From Piscirickettsiaceae bacterium (lineage in GTDB: Bacteria; Pseudomonadota; Gammaproteobacteria; Nitrosococcales; Methylophagaceae), in the NCBI GenBank assembly GCA_030627065.1, contig DAOUSV010000001.1, positions 1 to 32,094 on the forward strand: a DNA stretch of 32,094 bases. The letters are read 5' to 3'. Of this stretch, positions 16,462-31,056 are shown piece after piece. Position numbers and translations under genes: made by a program. Position 1 is the stretch's first letter, and each line of letters begins with the position of its first letter. A model generated the notes under the pieces. It did not search any database, had not been told where the DNA came from, and worked only from the letters and a program-made list of their open reading frames with translations.

Positions 16462-18744
16462 ATGGAAACAAAATTAGTTATTGTTGAATCGCCAGCAAAA
16501 TCAAAAACAATCAAAAAATACTTAGGAAAAGGCACTGAAGTATTAGCCTCTTACGGTCATGTTCGTGATTTGCTACCGAAAGAAGGTGCGGTTGATACTG
16601 AAAATGATTTTGCGATGAAATATCAAATTATTGATCGCAATAGTAAACATGTTGATGCCATTGCCAAGGCGATGAAAAAAGCCGATGTGCTCTATCTAGC
16701 AACGGATCCGGATCGCGAGGGAGAGGCGATTTCATGGCATTTGTTTGAATTACTAAAAAAACGTGGTGTATTAAAGAATAAAACAGTACATCGTGTAGTT
16801 TTCCATGAAATAACTAAGCAAGCGGTTAATGATGCCGTGGCTAATCCACGTGAATTATCGATGGACATGGTTAATGCTCAGCAAGCACGTCGAGCCTTAG
16901 ATTATCTAGTTGGTTTTACGCTTTCACCATTATTATGGAAAAAGATTCGTCGTGGTTTATCAGCTGGACGAGTACAAAGCCCAGCATTAAGAATGATTGT
17001 TGAGCGTGAGCTAGAAATTGAAGCCTTTATTCCAAAAGAGTATTGGACGATTGAGGCTGATACTGCAGTAAAAAAACAAGCATTTGAAGCTAAGCTAACG
17101 CATTACAATAGTGAAAAGTTGTCACAGTTTACGGTTACTAATGCGGAGCAATCGGCAGATATTGTTGAGGCTTTGAATAAAGCGGCAGACGGCAAATTAT
17201 TAGTTACCAAAGTTGATAAGAAGCAACGAAAACGTAACCCCGCGGCTCCATTTACAACATCAACCTTGCAACAAGAAGCATCTCGTAAACTAGGTTTTGG
17301 TGCTCAACGTACAATGAGTGTTGCTCAGCAGTTGTATGAAGGTACTGATACCGGTGACGGCGCGGTTGGTTTGATTACCTATATGCGTACCGACTCTGTG
17401 ACTCTGGCATCGGAAGCGGTTGATGAAATTCGCGGTTATATTGCTGAAAAATATGGTGACGGTAGTGTGCCATCATCACCTCAAGTATATAAAACAAAGT
17501 CTAAAAATGCTCAAGAAGCGCATGAGGCTGTACGAACAACCTCTATTCGTCGAACTCCAGAGTCATTGAAATCCTATCTATCTTCTGATCAGTTAAAGTT
17601 ATATACCTTAATTTGGCAGCGAACAATTGCCAGTCAGATGATTCATGCAACAATGAATACGGTCGCTGTTGATTTAGCTTGTGGTACCGGAAATACTTTC
17701 CGAGCGACGGGTTCAACGGTAGTTAACCCCGGCTTTATGAGTGTTTACCTTGAAGGCAAAGATGATTCTGCCAAGTCAGATAAAGATGAAAAACTACTGC
17801 CGACAATGGATGTGGGTGATATTGTTGACCTTAAAGAAATTCGACCAGAACAGCATTTTACTGAGCCTCCACCGCGTTTTAGTGAGGCTAGTTTAGTTCG
17901 ATCTTTGGAAGATAATGATATTGGTCGCCCATCGACCTACGCCAGTATTATTTCGACGTTATTACAGCGTGAGTATGTTGAGTTAGAGAAAAAACGTTTT
18001 CATCCGACAGATGTTGGCCGTGTAGTCGGTAAGTTTTTAGCACAACATTTTACCAAATATGTTGATTATGATTTTACATCGAAATTAGAAGATGATCTTG
18101 ATGCCGTTGCACGTGGCGAACAAGAGTGGATACCTTTACTAAGCAAGTTTTGGGGGCCATTTAAAGAGCAAGTCGAAACTAAAGATAAAGAAGTTCAACG
18201 TAGTGATGTAACACAAGAAGATATTGGCGAAGATTGCCCTAAATGTGGCAAGCCGTTATCAAGTCGTCTGGGGCGTAGTGGTCGCTTTATCGGTTGTACT
18301 GCTTATCCTGAGTGTGATTATACGCGTAATGTCAATGGTGAAGAAACGACGGCGAGCGAACCAGATGTAGTTGCTGATCGTAAATGTCCAAAATGTGAAT
18401 CTGACTTATGGGTTCGCACGGGAAAATATGGCAAATTCATTGGCTGTAGTAGCTATCCAAAATGTAAACATATCGAATCATTAGAGCAGCCTACCAATAC
18501 GGGTGTGAGTTGTCCGCAGTGTAATAAAGGTGAGATTCTGGTTCGCAAGTCAAGACGAGGTAAGATATTTTATTCTTGTTCAGACTATCCAGGTTGTGAC
18601 TATGCATTATGGAATGAACCGGTTAAAGAAGAATGTCCTGACTGTAAATGGCCTATCTTGACGGTTAAAACGACTAAAAGTCGTGGTACAGAAAAGGTTT
18701 GCCCTCAGAAAGAATGTAGCTTTAGTGAAAAAGTAGAGTCGTAA
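16462..18744 (+). CDS. topA: DNA topoisomerase I
   Basis: 760 aa ORF with Toprim motifs (LVIVESPAKSKTIKKYLG, DPDREGE) and an active-site Tyr context (GLITYMRTDS). Four C-terminal C4 zinc ribbons are present (CPKC...C..C repeated). Confidence 0.95.
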   Translation: METKLVIVESPAKSKTIKKYLGKGTEVLASYGHVRDLLPKEGAVDTENDFAMKYQIIDRNSKHVDAIAKAMKKADVLYLATDPDREGEAISWHLFELLKKRGVLKNKTVHRVVFHEITKQAVNDAVANPRELSMDMVNAQQARRALDYLVGFTLSPLLWKKIRRGLSAGRVQSPALRMIVERELEIEAFIPKEYWTIEADTAVKKQAFEAKLTHYNSEKLSQFTVTNAEQSADIVEALNKAADGKLLVTKVDKKQRKRNPAAPFTTSTLQQEASRKLGFGAQRTMSVAQQLYEGTDTGDGAVGLITYMRTDSVTLASEAVDEIRGYIAEKYGDGSVPSSPQVYKTKSKNAQEAHEAVRTTSIRRTPESLKSYLSSDQLKLYTLIWQRTIASQMIHATMNTVAVDLACGTGNTFRATGSTVVNPGFMSVYLEGKDDSAKSDKDEKLLPTMDVGDIVDLKEIRPEQHFTEPPPRFSEASLVRSLEDNDIGRPSTYASIISTLLQREYVELEKKRFHPTDVGRVVGKFLAQHFTKYVDYDFTSKLEDDLDAVARGEQEWIPLLSKFWGPFKEQVETKDKEVQRSDVTQEDIGEDCPKCGKPLSSRLGRSGRFIGCTAYPECDYTRNVNGEETTASEPDVVADRKCPKCESDLWVRTGKYGKFIGCSSYPKCKHIESLEQPTNTGVSCPQCNKGEILVRKSRRGKIFYSCSDYPGCDYALWNEPVKEECPDCKWPILTVKTTKSRGTEKVCPQKECSFSEKVES

Positions 18745-18766
18745 TTTAATAAAGGAGCATGTCAAT

Positions 18767-19327
18767 ATGCGTAAGTTGATTAGTGCTGTATCTATGGCTT
18801 TTTTGTTTTTATCTTTCTCTGCTTCAGCAGTAGAGCTAGGTGGGATCACTATGCCTGATAAGTTGCGGGCGGGTGAACAGTCTCTATCATTAAATGGTGC
18901 AGGAGTTCGAAGTAAATTTGTTTTTGATTTATATGTAGCAGGCTTATATTTGACTGTAGGCAGCAGTGATGCCCAAGCGATTATTAATTCTAATGATGCA
19001 ATGGGGCTTCGTTTGCATATTATTTCATCAAAAATAACTTCTAAGAAGATGACTAAAGCAACCCGTAAAGGCTTTAAGAAAGCAACAGGTGGAAAAATAG
19101 GTGCTATTTCATCTGAGATTGAACAGTTCTTAGAAGCGTTTAGTGCCGAGATCGTTGAAGGCGATGTGTTTGAGTTTGTATCGACAGCAGGTAGTGTTTC
19201 TGTTTCAAAAAACGGCAGTAAACAAGCGACTATTTCTTCGCAAGAGTTTAAGCAAGCCTTATTCGGAATTTGGTTGTCAGACCACCCTGTAAAAGAGAAT
19301 TTAAAGAAAAAATTATTGGGTAACTGA
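18767..19327 (+). CDS. Secreted chalcone-isomerase-like family protein
   Basis: A signal peptide ends at SASA-VE. LSLNGAGVRSKFVFDLYVAGLYL is the characteristic bacterial chalcone-isomerase-like motif. An AAGGAG Shine-Dalgarno lies about 10 nt upstream. Confidence 0.7.
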   Translation: MRKLISAVSMAFLFLSFSASAVELGGITMPDKLRAGEQSLSLNGAGVRSKFVFDLYVAGLYLTVGSSDAQAIINSNDAMGLRLHIISSKITSKKMTKATRKGFKKATGGKIGAISSEIEQFLEAFSAEIVEGDVFEFVSTAGSVSVSKNGSKQATISSQEFKQALFGIWLSDHPVKENLKKKLLGN

Positions 19328-19375
19328 ACATGGTTTTGGATAAAGACTCACCTTGTTTGTGAGTTATTATCCTTA

Positions 19376-19864
19376 TTATTTAGAGAATGACTTCACTATT
19401 CTTCGATCATTTTCTATTAAGCTTAGTGCTTTTTCCAGCATTTCTTGGTCATTATCTATAATCCCTCTCTTTAAATAAATACCGATATAAATCATGCCGG
19501 AAAATTTTTCAAAAAGAGGCTTAATACTAACTTTTTTTATGAATGAATTATTCTTTTTTAAGATGCCTTCATAGTAATCCTTTCGATCCTTGAAATTAGG
19601 TGTCCATATTTGATTTCGGTAATTAACAAACTTGTAGCCTGTATCGTTCTTTTTCGCGGTTTCGTAGGCGTTAACTAAGTCATCTAATGTACTGACATAC
19701 TCTTCGACAAAGTCTTGAGTGAAGCTTTTAATATTGCTTTTGTTAAGTGTTAATACTTCTTTTACTTTTGGCGGAGCTTTATCTCCCTCACCTCCACAGG
19801 CGCTAAGAAACAGACTGATAAGAACATAGAATGCTAAATACTTCAGACTTGATAATTGCTTCAT
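19376..19864 (-). CDS. Hypothetical lipoprotein (orphan, AT-rich)
   Basis: 162 aa ORF with a signal peptide and lipobox (LFLSAC-GGEG). The mature part is Lys/Asn/Ile-rich and I recognise no family. The DNA is visibly more AT-rich than its neighbours. Confidence 0.55.
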   Translation of the reverse strand: MKQLSSLKYLAFYVLISLFLSACGGEGDKAPPKVKEVLTLNKSNIKSFTQDFVEEYVSTLDDLVNAYETAKKNDTGYKFVNYRNQIWTPNFKDRKDYYEGILKKNNSFIKKVSIKPLFEKFSGMIYIGIYLKRGIIDNDQEMLEKALSLIENDRRIVKSFSK

Positions 19865-19927
19865 GACACACCTTTAAAAGTACAGATTTAGAGTTCATCA
19901 TAGTCTTAAATTACGAGACTTTGTTAA

Positions 19928-21073
19928 TTAATCAGCCTGTAAGTCTTCGAAGCTTTTAAGAGCAATCGTTGTTGCTTGTTTAGTTGATGACGCAAGCACA
20001 TTAAAATGGCCCATTTTACGACCAGGGCGAGCTTCTTTCTTGCCATATAAATGCAATTTGTTTTGAGCTTGTGAGAGCAATATATCCCAGTGTGGTTGCG
20101 TTTGCCCCCAAACATCACCTAATAGGTTAATCATTACAACTGGTGATGTTAGATTGCAGTTACCTGAAGGAAGCCCACACAACATACGAACTTGCTGTTC
20201 AAATTGTGAGGTTTCACAGGCATCTAAAGTAAAATGACCAGAGTTATGAGGTCGTGGTGCAATCTCATTTGTCAGAATATTGCCTTCTGTTGAAATAAAG
20301 AACTCAACCGCCATTGTGCCGACATAGTTTAAGCCGTTGGCAATTTTATCTGCCATTTCAATAATAGTTTGTGTTTGCTGTTCAGAAATGCTGCTGGGAA
20401 CAGTTGTCGAGTGCAGAATGCCATTAATATGTACATTCTCTGCAATAGGGAAGTTAGTAATGTCGCCAGACTGACTACGTGCCAATACAGTTGAAACTTC
20501 ACGATCTAAGTTGATGCGTTGCTCTAATACACATTCAGCGCCATTTAATGATGCAAATGCAGCACGGACATCATCGGCACTATGGCAGACGACTTGTCCT
20601 TTGCCATCATAACCAAAACTGGCTGCTTTTAAGATAGCTGGAAATTGGAATGTATCAGCAATGGCATCAATATCTGCATCAGATCGGATAGCGGCATACG
20701 GTGCAACATTAATCTCTAATGATTCAATAAACTTTTTCTCAATAATACGATTTTGGGTTTGAGATAATGCATCTGAAGAAGGGTGAACAACTGTTTTAGC
20801 TTCAAGAAATGACAGAGTGCTTGCGGGAATGTTTTCAAATTCAGTCGTAATAGCATCGCAAAGTTCGGCAAGTTGCGCCAATGCTTCCTCATCCGTGTAT
20901 TTTGCACAAATATGTTTATCAGCAATAATGCCGGCGGGACTATTAACGTCCGGTTCTAAGACAACGACTTTATAGCCCATTGTTTGAGCCGCAGTTGTGA
21001 ACATGCGGCCTAATTGACCGCCACCAAGCATGCCAAGCGTAGCCCCGGGTAATATCATTTTTTGTTTAGTCAT
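19928..21073 (-). CDS. purK: 5-(carboxyamino)imidazole ribonucleotide synthase
   Basis: 381 aa ATP-grasp protein with LGMLGGGQLGRM, located directly downstream of purE. Confidence 0.94.
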   Translation of the reverse strand: MTKQKMILPGATLGMLGGGQLGRMFTTAAQTMGYKVVVLEPDVNSPAGIIADKHICAKYTDEEALAQLAELCDAITTEFENIPASTLSFLEAKTVVHPSSDALSQTQNRIIEKKFIESLEINVAPYAAIRSDADIDAIADTFQFPAILKAASFGYDGKGQVVCHSADDVRAAFASLNGAECVLEQRINLDREVSTVLARSQSGDITNFPIAENVHINGILHSTTVPSSISEQQTQTIIEMADKIANGLNYVGTMAVEFFISTEGNILTNEIAPRPHNSGHFTLDACETSQFEQQVRMLCGLPSGNCNLTSPVVMINLLGDVWGQTQPHWDILLSQAQNKLHLYGKKEARPGRKMGHFNVLASSTKQATTIALKSFEDLQAD

Positions 21074-21078
21074 GGTCT

Positions 21079-21570
21079 TTATTCTGATGGAAGTGTCATT
21101 TCCAACACCATCTGATGTTGGTCTTTTCTAAACTGTTCTAACTTTTCTGCAAGTGCTGTATCTGTTGTTGCAAGTTGTGCTATTGCGAATAAAGCTGCAT
21201 TTGCTGCACCTGCTTCACCAATGGCAAAAGTAGCAACAGGAATGCCTTTAGGCATTTGAACAATAGACAGCAATGAATCTTGCCCTTTCAAATAACGAGA
21301 TGGAACTGGCACGCCTAAAATAGGAAGTATTGTATTTGCTGCCAACATACCCGGGAGATGCGCTGCGCCACCTGCACCCGCAATAATGCACGTTAGGCCT
21401 TTATCTTTTGCTGTTTGAGCATACTCTGTTAGTAAGTCCGGTGTGCGGTGTGCGGAAACGACTTGTGTTTCATAAGGCACGCCAAAGTTTTCTAATTGTT
21501 CAACCGCTTTTTGCATTACAGGCCAATCACTATTACTTCCCATGACGATGCCAACTACAGGTTTGTCCAT
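21079..21570 (-). CDS. purE: 5-(carboxyamino)imidazole ribonucleotide mutase
   Basis: 163 aa ORF with the GSNSDWPVM and [10 protein letters not shown] motifs of class I PurE. Confidence 0.95.
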   Translation of the reverse strand: MDKPVVGIVMGSNSDWPVMQKAVEQLENFGVPYETQVVSAHRTPDLLTEYAQTAKDKGLTCIIAGAGGAAHLPGMLAANTILPILGVPVPSRYLKGQDSLLSIVQMPKGIPVATFAIGEAGAANAALFAIAQLATTDTALAEKLEQFRKDQHQMVLEMTLPSE

Positions 21571-21673
21571 AATTTATCCGTTATATTTCTTAAACATAAG
21601 TGCGTATTTTAGCTATTTTATTGAATTTAGGGAAATTTGTAGGTATTTGATGGAATGAAAAACATCAAGACCA

Positions 21674-21702
21674 TTGAATGGCGGTGGCTCAAACGCTATA
21701 AT
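21674..21702 (+). promoter_or_regulatory. Putative sigma-70 promoter of gltBD (TTGAAT-N17-TATAAT)
   Basis: TTGAAT at 21674-21679 and TATAAT at 21697-21702 are separated by a 17 nt spacer. The element lies about 85 nt upstream of the gltB ATG, in the purE/gltB divergent intergenic region. Confidence 0.5.
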
Positions 21703-21786
21703 GAGTGATTCATTTTGCCGTCTTTTGATTGTAAAGACAGTGCTCCTCGCGTCTATGGTGACAAGGAGACAGGCATTAACAGTAAT

Positions 21787-27674
<5,888 letters not shown>

Positions 27675-27697
27675 TCGTTAATATAGAAGGAAAGTTT

Positions 27698-28765
27698 GTG
27701 TCAGAACTAAAAAATGATCGTTATCTAAGAGCATTACTCCGTCAACCTGTTGATAAAACACCTGTATGGGTGATGCGTCAAGCAGGGCGCTATTTGCCTG
27801 AATACCGTGAAGTACGTGCGAAAGCAGGCGACTTTATGACGTTGTGTTCAACGCCTGATCTGGCTTGTGAGGTGACTTTACAGCCTCTGCGTCGCTTTGA
27901 TTTAGATGCGGCTATTATCTTTTCTGATATTTTGACCATCCCAGATGCGATGGGTTTAGGGTTGCACTTTGTTGCTGGTGAAGGCCCGAAGTTTACCAAC
28001 GTTATTAAAAGCACCGCTGATATTGCTAAGTTAGGTGTTCCAGATATGGAAGATAACTTGGGTTATGTGATGGATGCGATTCGACTGACGCGTCGTGAAA
28101 TTGATGGCAAAGTGCCATTGATTGGTTTTAGCGGTAGCCCGTGGACATTGGCGTGTTATATGGTCGAAGGCGGTTCGAGTAAAGACTTTGCTAAAGTAAA
28201 AGGTATGTTATTTGATGAGCCTAAACAAATGCACGCTTTGCTTAATGTCTTAGCGGATTCGGTGATTGCGTATTTGAATGCTCAAATTGCGGCCGGTGCT
28301 CAATCTATTATGTTGTTTGATACTTGGGGTGGTGCATTAAGCACAACAAATTACCAAGAATTTTCATTGGCGTATATGCAAAAAATTGTAGCGGGTTTAA
28401 CCCGAGAAGCTGATGGTAGAAAAGTACCTGTTACTTTATTCACCAAAGGTGGCGGTCAATGGTTAGAGCTCATGGCGGCAACAGGTGTTGATGCGATTGG
28501 CCTTGATTGGACAACGGATATTACTACTGCACGTAAACGAGTAGGTGATAAAGTGACATTGCAAGGCAATATGGATCCTTGTGTGCTTTATGCTTCAGCA
28601 GATCGTGTTGAACAAGAAGTTGCCAGTGTTTTAGCCGGCTTTGGCCCAGGTGAAACTGGCCATGTGTTTAATCTCGGCCACGGTATTCACCCAACTATCG
28701 CACCTGAAAAAATGGAACGGTTAGTAGATTCAGTACATAAGCTAAGTGAACCTTATCACGCTTAG
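27698..28765 (+). CDS. hemE: Uroporphyrinogen decarboxylase
   Basis: 355 aa ORF with the signature [16 protein letters not shown]. The GTG start is preceded by GAAGGAAAG. It follows gltD, as in pseudomonads. Confidence 0.94.
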   Translation: MSELKNDRYLRALLRQPVDKTPVWVMRQAGRYLPEYREVRAKAGDFMTLCSTPDLACEVTLQPLRRFDLDAAIIFSDILTIPDAMGLGLHFVAGEGPKFTNVIKSTADIAKLGVPDMEDNLGYVMDAIRLTRREIDGKVPLIGFSGSPWTLACYMVEGGSSKDFAKVKGMLFDEPKQMHALLNVLADSVIAYLNAQIAAGAQSIMLFDTWGGALSTTNYQEFSLAYMQKIVAGLTREADGRKVPVTLFTKGGGQWLELMAATGVDAIGLDWTTDITTARKRVGDKVTLQGNMDPCVLYASADRVEQEVASVLAGFGPGETGHVFNLGHGIHPTIAPEKMERLVDSVHKLSEPYHA

Positions 28766-28792
28766 ATCACTGTATTCAGATAGATAATAAGA

Positions 28793-28827
28793 AAGCTAGG
28801 TAGATTGAATCTACCTAGCTTTTTTTT
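28793..28827 (+). terminator. Rho-independent terminator of gltBD-hemE (may also serve the convergent gene)
   Basis: AGCTAGGTAGA-TTGAA-TCTACCTAGCT forms a perfect 11 bp stem followed by T8. It lies 27 nt after the hemE stop and 24 nt beyond the stop of the convergent minus-strand ORF. Confidence 0.85.
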
Positions 28828-28851
28828 AGAAAAACGAAAAGTATTTAGAAC

Positions 28852-29308
28852 TTAACTTGACCGTGAACCCAGAACTTTTCTGTATCCGGTAACGAGCTGT
28901 TTATTTTGTTGATTCCAACGTTGTTGTATCTCTGCTAACGCTAAGTGAATACCGTTGTCTTTCGGTAATACTAAGGGTCTAGAAGGGTCGCCTTTTTCGA
29001 GAAGTATTAATGTATGTTCAAAGGTTCGTAATGAGTTGCTCAATTTTAATGCGTAATACGACTGAGGGATGAGTCGTGTATTGTGTTAATAGAAAGGCAA
29101 TCTGGTAAGAACGCATACGCTCACTACCCGCATCATTAATAGCCGCAGCACCACCTTCTAAACGTCTAGATGCATATAAGGTCGAGGCAATAGCGATAAA
29201 TACAATAATAAAATAGACCAGCAATAAAGTGGTGATCTTTTGTTGAATTATCAGCTTAGAAAGGTTCATCATTGAATTGCTATTTCCAGCAAAAAAAGTG
29301 TAGACCAT
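28852..29308 (-). pseudogene. Signal-anchored NarX/NarQ-type P-box (PilJ/NIT-like) nitrate-sensing domain protein, split by a frameshift
   Basis: The upstream ORF (29018-29308) has one TM helix and then GGAAAINDAGSERMRSYQIAFLL, a near-perfect NarX/NarQ P-box. The downstream ORF (28852-29043, TTG in the track) continues the helical sensor domain (FEHTLILLEKGDP...EIQQRWNQ). Both frames are open across 29018-29085, and removing one T of the T4 run at 29044-29047 fuses them. Confidence 0.6.
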
Positions 29309-29329
29309 AGTCTATAAGTGATATTTTTC

Positions 29330-31054
29330 TTAGGTTATCATTAAATAAATTAAGAGTAAGTTAGTGCCCAATAATAGAATAGACATGGTTTTCCAAAATT
29401 TTAAAGGATTACGTTCAAGTAACGGTAGTTGATCTTCTTTTAAAAACTGGGGATTGGGTTTTCTTAAATCACATTCAAATTCTGACATTTTTTCATAGCG
29501 ATTTAGAGGATCAACAAGTACGGCTTTTCTAATCGCTTTATCAATCCAATGTGGGATATTACTTATATAGCTACTGATAGGTCGGTATTGTAAGCGGCGA
29601 AATGATGCATTATCTGATGCGCGAGAAAGTCTATCGCCGTAGGGGAGTTTCCCTGTAATCATTTCATAGGTAATACAGCCAAGGGCAAACAGGTCGGACT
29701 GTGAGGTGCCTACACCATTGATAAGGTATTCGGGGGCAGTGTAGTGCTTTGTACCTAATAATTCTTGTCGTTCAATGGGGGTTGATACATCAGACATGCC
29801 TGCAATTTTTGTTGAACCGAAATCAACTATTTTGACCAAGCCTTCAGCCGTAATCATAATATTACCCGGCTTAATATCTTGATGTAGCATATCTAAACGG
29901 TGAAAGGCACGAAGCCCGGATACCGCTTGTGACACAATGTTTCTAATCTCAGTTAGATCAGGTTCAACTTGGTCTGTCATCCATTGTTCAAGTGTTTTTC
30001 CTTCAATATATTCCATCACATAATAAAGAAAATGACGTGGACGTGTTTGTTCGATGGTTCTGATAACGTGAGGGCTATTTATACGCCTACCGATCCACTC
30101 TTCCATTTGAAAACGCTCGAGATAAGCAGGATCATCCTCAAAGTTAATCGAAGGTGTTTTAAGCACCACTTTTTCATTGGTGTCGGTATCAATGGCAAGA
30201 TAAAGCTGACTAGTTGAGCTGGCATGTAATTCTCTAGTTACACGATACCCATCTAAAGTGACACCTTCATATAATTCAGGAGGAAAGGGAAGTTTTGTGA
30301 GTTGTGAATAGACCTCCTCAACATCCTGCGAAGGTAATTCTTTAATTTGTATCGCCTGACAACTGATATTATCAAGACTGCCATTTTGCAGAGATTGAGC
30401 GACTAACTGTTCACATAAAATGGTTAAATCATGTTGTTCATATTTAATGGCATCAAGAATAACCTTGTCAGAGAGGGTGTCATGAACACCATCCGTTGCA
30501 ATAAAAAATATATCACCCACCTCAACGGTTAATGATTTGTAATCAATATCTAAGCGATAATCTATACCCATCGCACGACCGAGATATTCTTGTTGTCCGG
30601 GCATATGGACACGATGATCTGTTGTTAACTGCTCTAGACTGTTATCACGAAACAGGTAAATACGAGAATCGCCGACATGAAATAAATGAGCCGTTGTGGA
30701 CTTAATGACCAGCCCACAAAAGGTAGTTGCTAAACCACGAGAAATATCGTGGTATTGATTACTTTGGCTAAATAACCAGTTATTAATCGCAGTAAGAACC
30801 TTGCCTCCTGATTTTTTGACCGACCACGAATCAGGCGTGCTGAAATAGTCTTCCATGAAACCAGTAACACAAGCCTGACTAGCTTGTTTTGCTTCTGAAC
30901 TACTACTGACACCATCGGCTAAAGCAAAGGCTGCACCTTTACCTGCCAATAGGGCAACATTAACAGGAATAAAATGACCAACATAATCTTGGTTTTCTTC
31001 CTTCATGCCTTTTTCAGAGCGTGAGCCGACCTGTAGTTTTAATTTAGACGTCAT
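29330..31054 (-). CDS. Bifunctional PP2C-type protein phosphatase / Hanks-type Ser/Thr protein kinase, C-terminal membrane anchor
   Basis: The N-terminal PP2C motifs are EENQDY, ADGVSS, GDSRIY, ATDGVHD and SLDNIS. The kinase domain shows VVLKTP (Lys), HQDIKPGN, DFGS and TAPEY. A single C-terminal TM helix (FWKTMSILLLGTNLLLIYLMIT) ends the protein. The start ATG lies 2 nt after the transporter stop. Confidence 0.85.
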   Translation of the reverse strand: MTSKLKLQVGSRSEKGMKEENQDYVGHFIPVNVALLAGKGAAFALADGVSSSSEAKQASQACVTGFMEDYFSTPDSWSVKKSGGKVLTAINNWLFSQSNQYHDISRGLATTFCGLVIKSTTAHLFHVGDSRIYLFRDNSLEQLTTDHRVHMPGQQEYLGRAMGIDYRLDIDYKSLTVEVGDIFFIATDGVHDTLSDKVILDAIKYEQHDLTILCEQLVAQSLQNGSLDNISCQAIQIKELPSQDVEEVYSQLTKLPFPPELYEGVTLDGYRVTRELHASSTSQLYLAIDTDTNEKVVLKTPSINFEDDPAYLERFQMEEWIGRRINSPHVIRTIEQTRPRHFLYYVMEYIEGKTLEQWMTDQVEPDLTEIRNIVSQAVSGLRAFHRLDMLHQDIKPGNIMITAEGLVKIVDFGSTKIAGMSDVSTPIERQELLGTKHYTAPEYLINGVGTSQSDLFALGCITYEMITGKLPYGDRLSRASDNASFRRLQYRPISSYISNIPHWIDKAIRKAVLVDPLNRYEKMSEFECDLRKPNPQFLKEDQLPLLERNPLKFWKTMSILLLGTNLLLIYLMIT

Positions 31055-31056
31055 TA

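Noticed and set aside
18230-18730. The CPxC...C..C pattern in the topA 3' end could be mistaken for a DNA-level repeat array.
   Set aside because: These are four diverged C4 zinc-ribbon domains typical of bacterial topoisomerase I. The repetition is at the protein-motif level only, and the nucleotide sequences are not repeated.
19924-20118. A 64 aa ORF lies on the minus strand at the 3' end of purK.
   Set aside because: It is an alternative frame of the same strand inside purK, with no independent support. The purK frame carries clear ATP-grasp homology through this region.
21703-21786. A weak hairpin (GTCTTT-TGATTGT-AAAGAC) in the gltB 5' leader and an AAGGAGA motif about 18 nt before the ATG might be a regulatory leader.
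   Set aside because: The stem is only 6 bp and AT-rich, with no U-tract or alternative pairing that I could see. The AAGGAGA spacing is too long for a clean Shine-Dalgarno assignment. The evidence is insufficient to call an attenuator or riboswitch.
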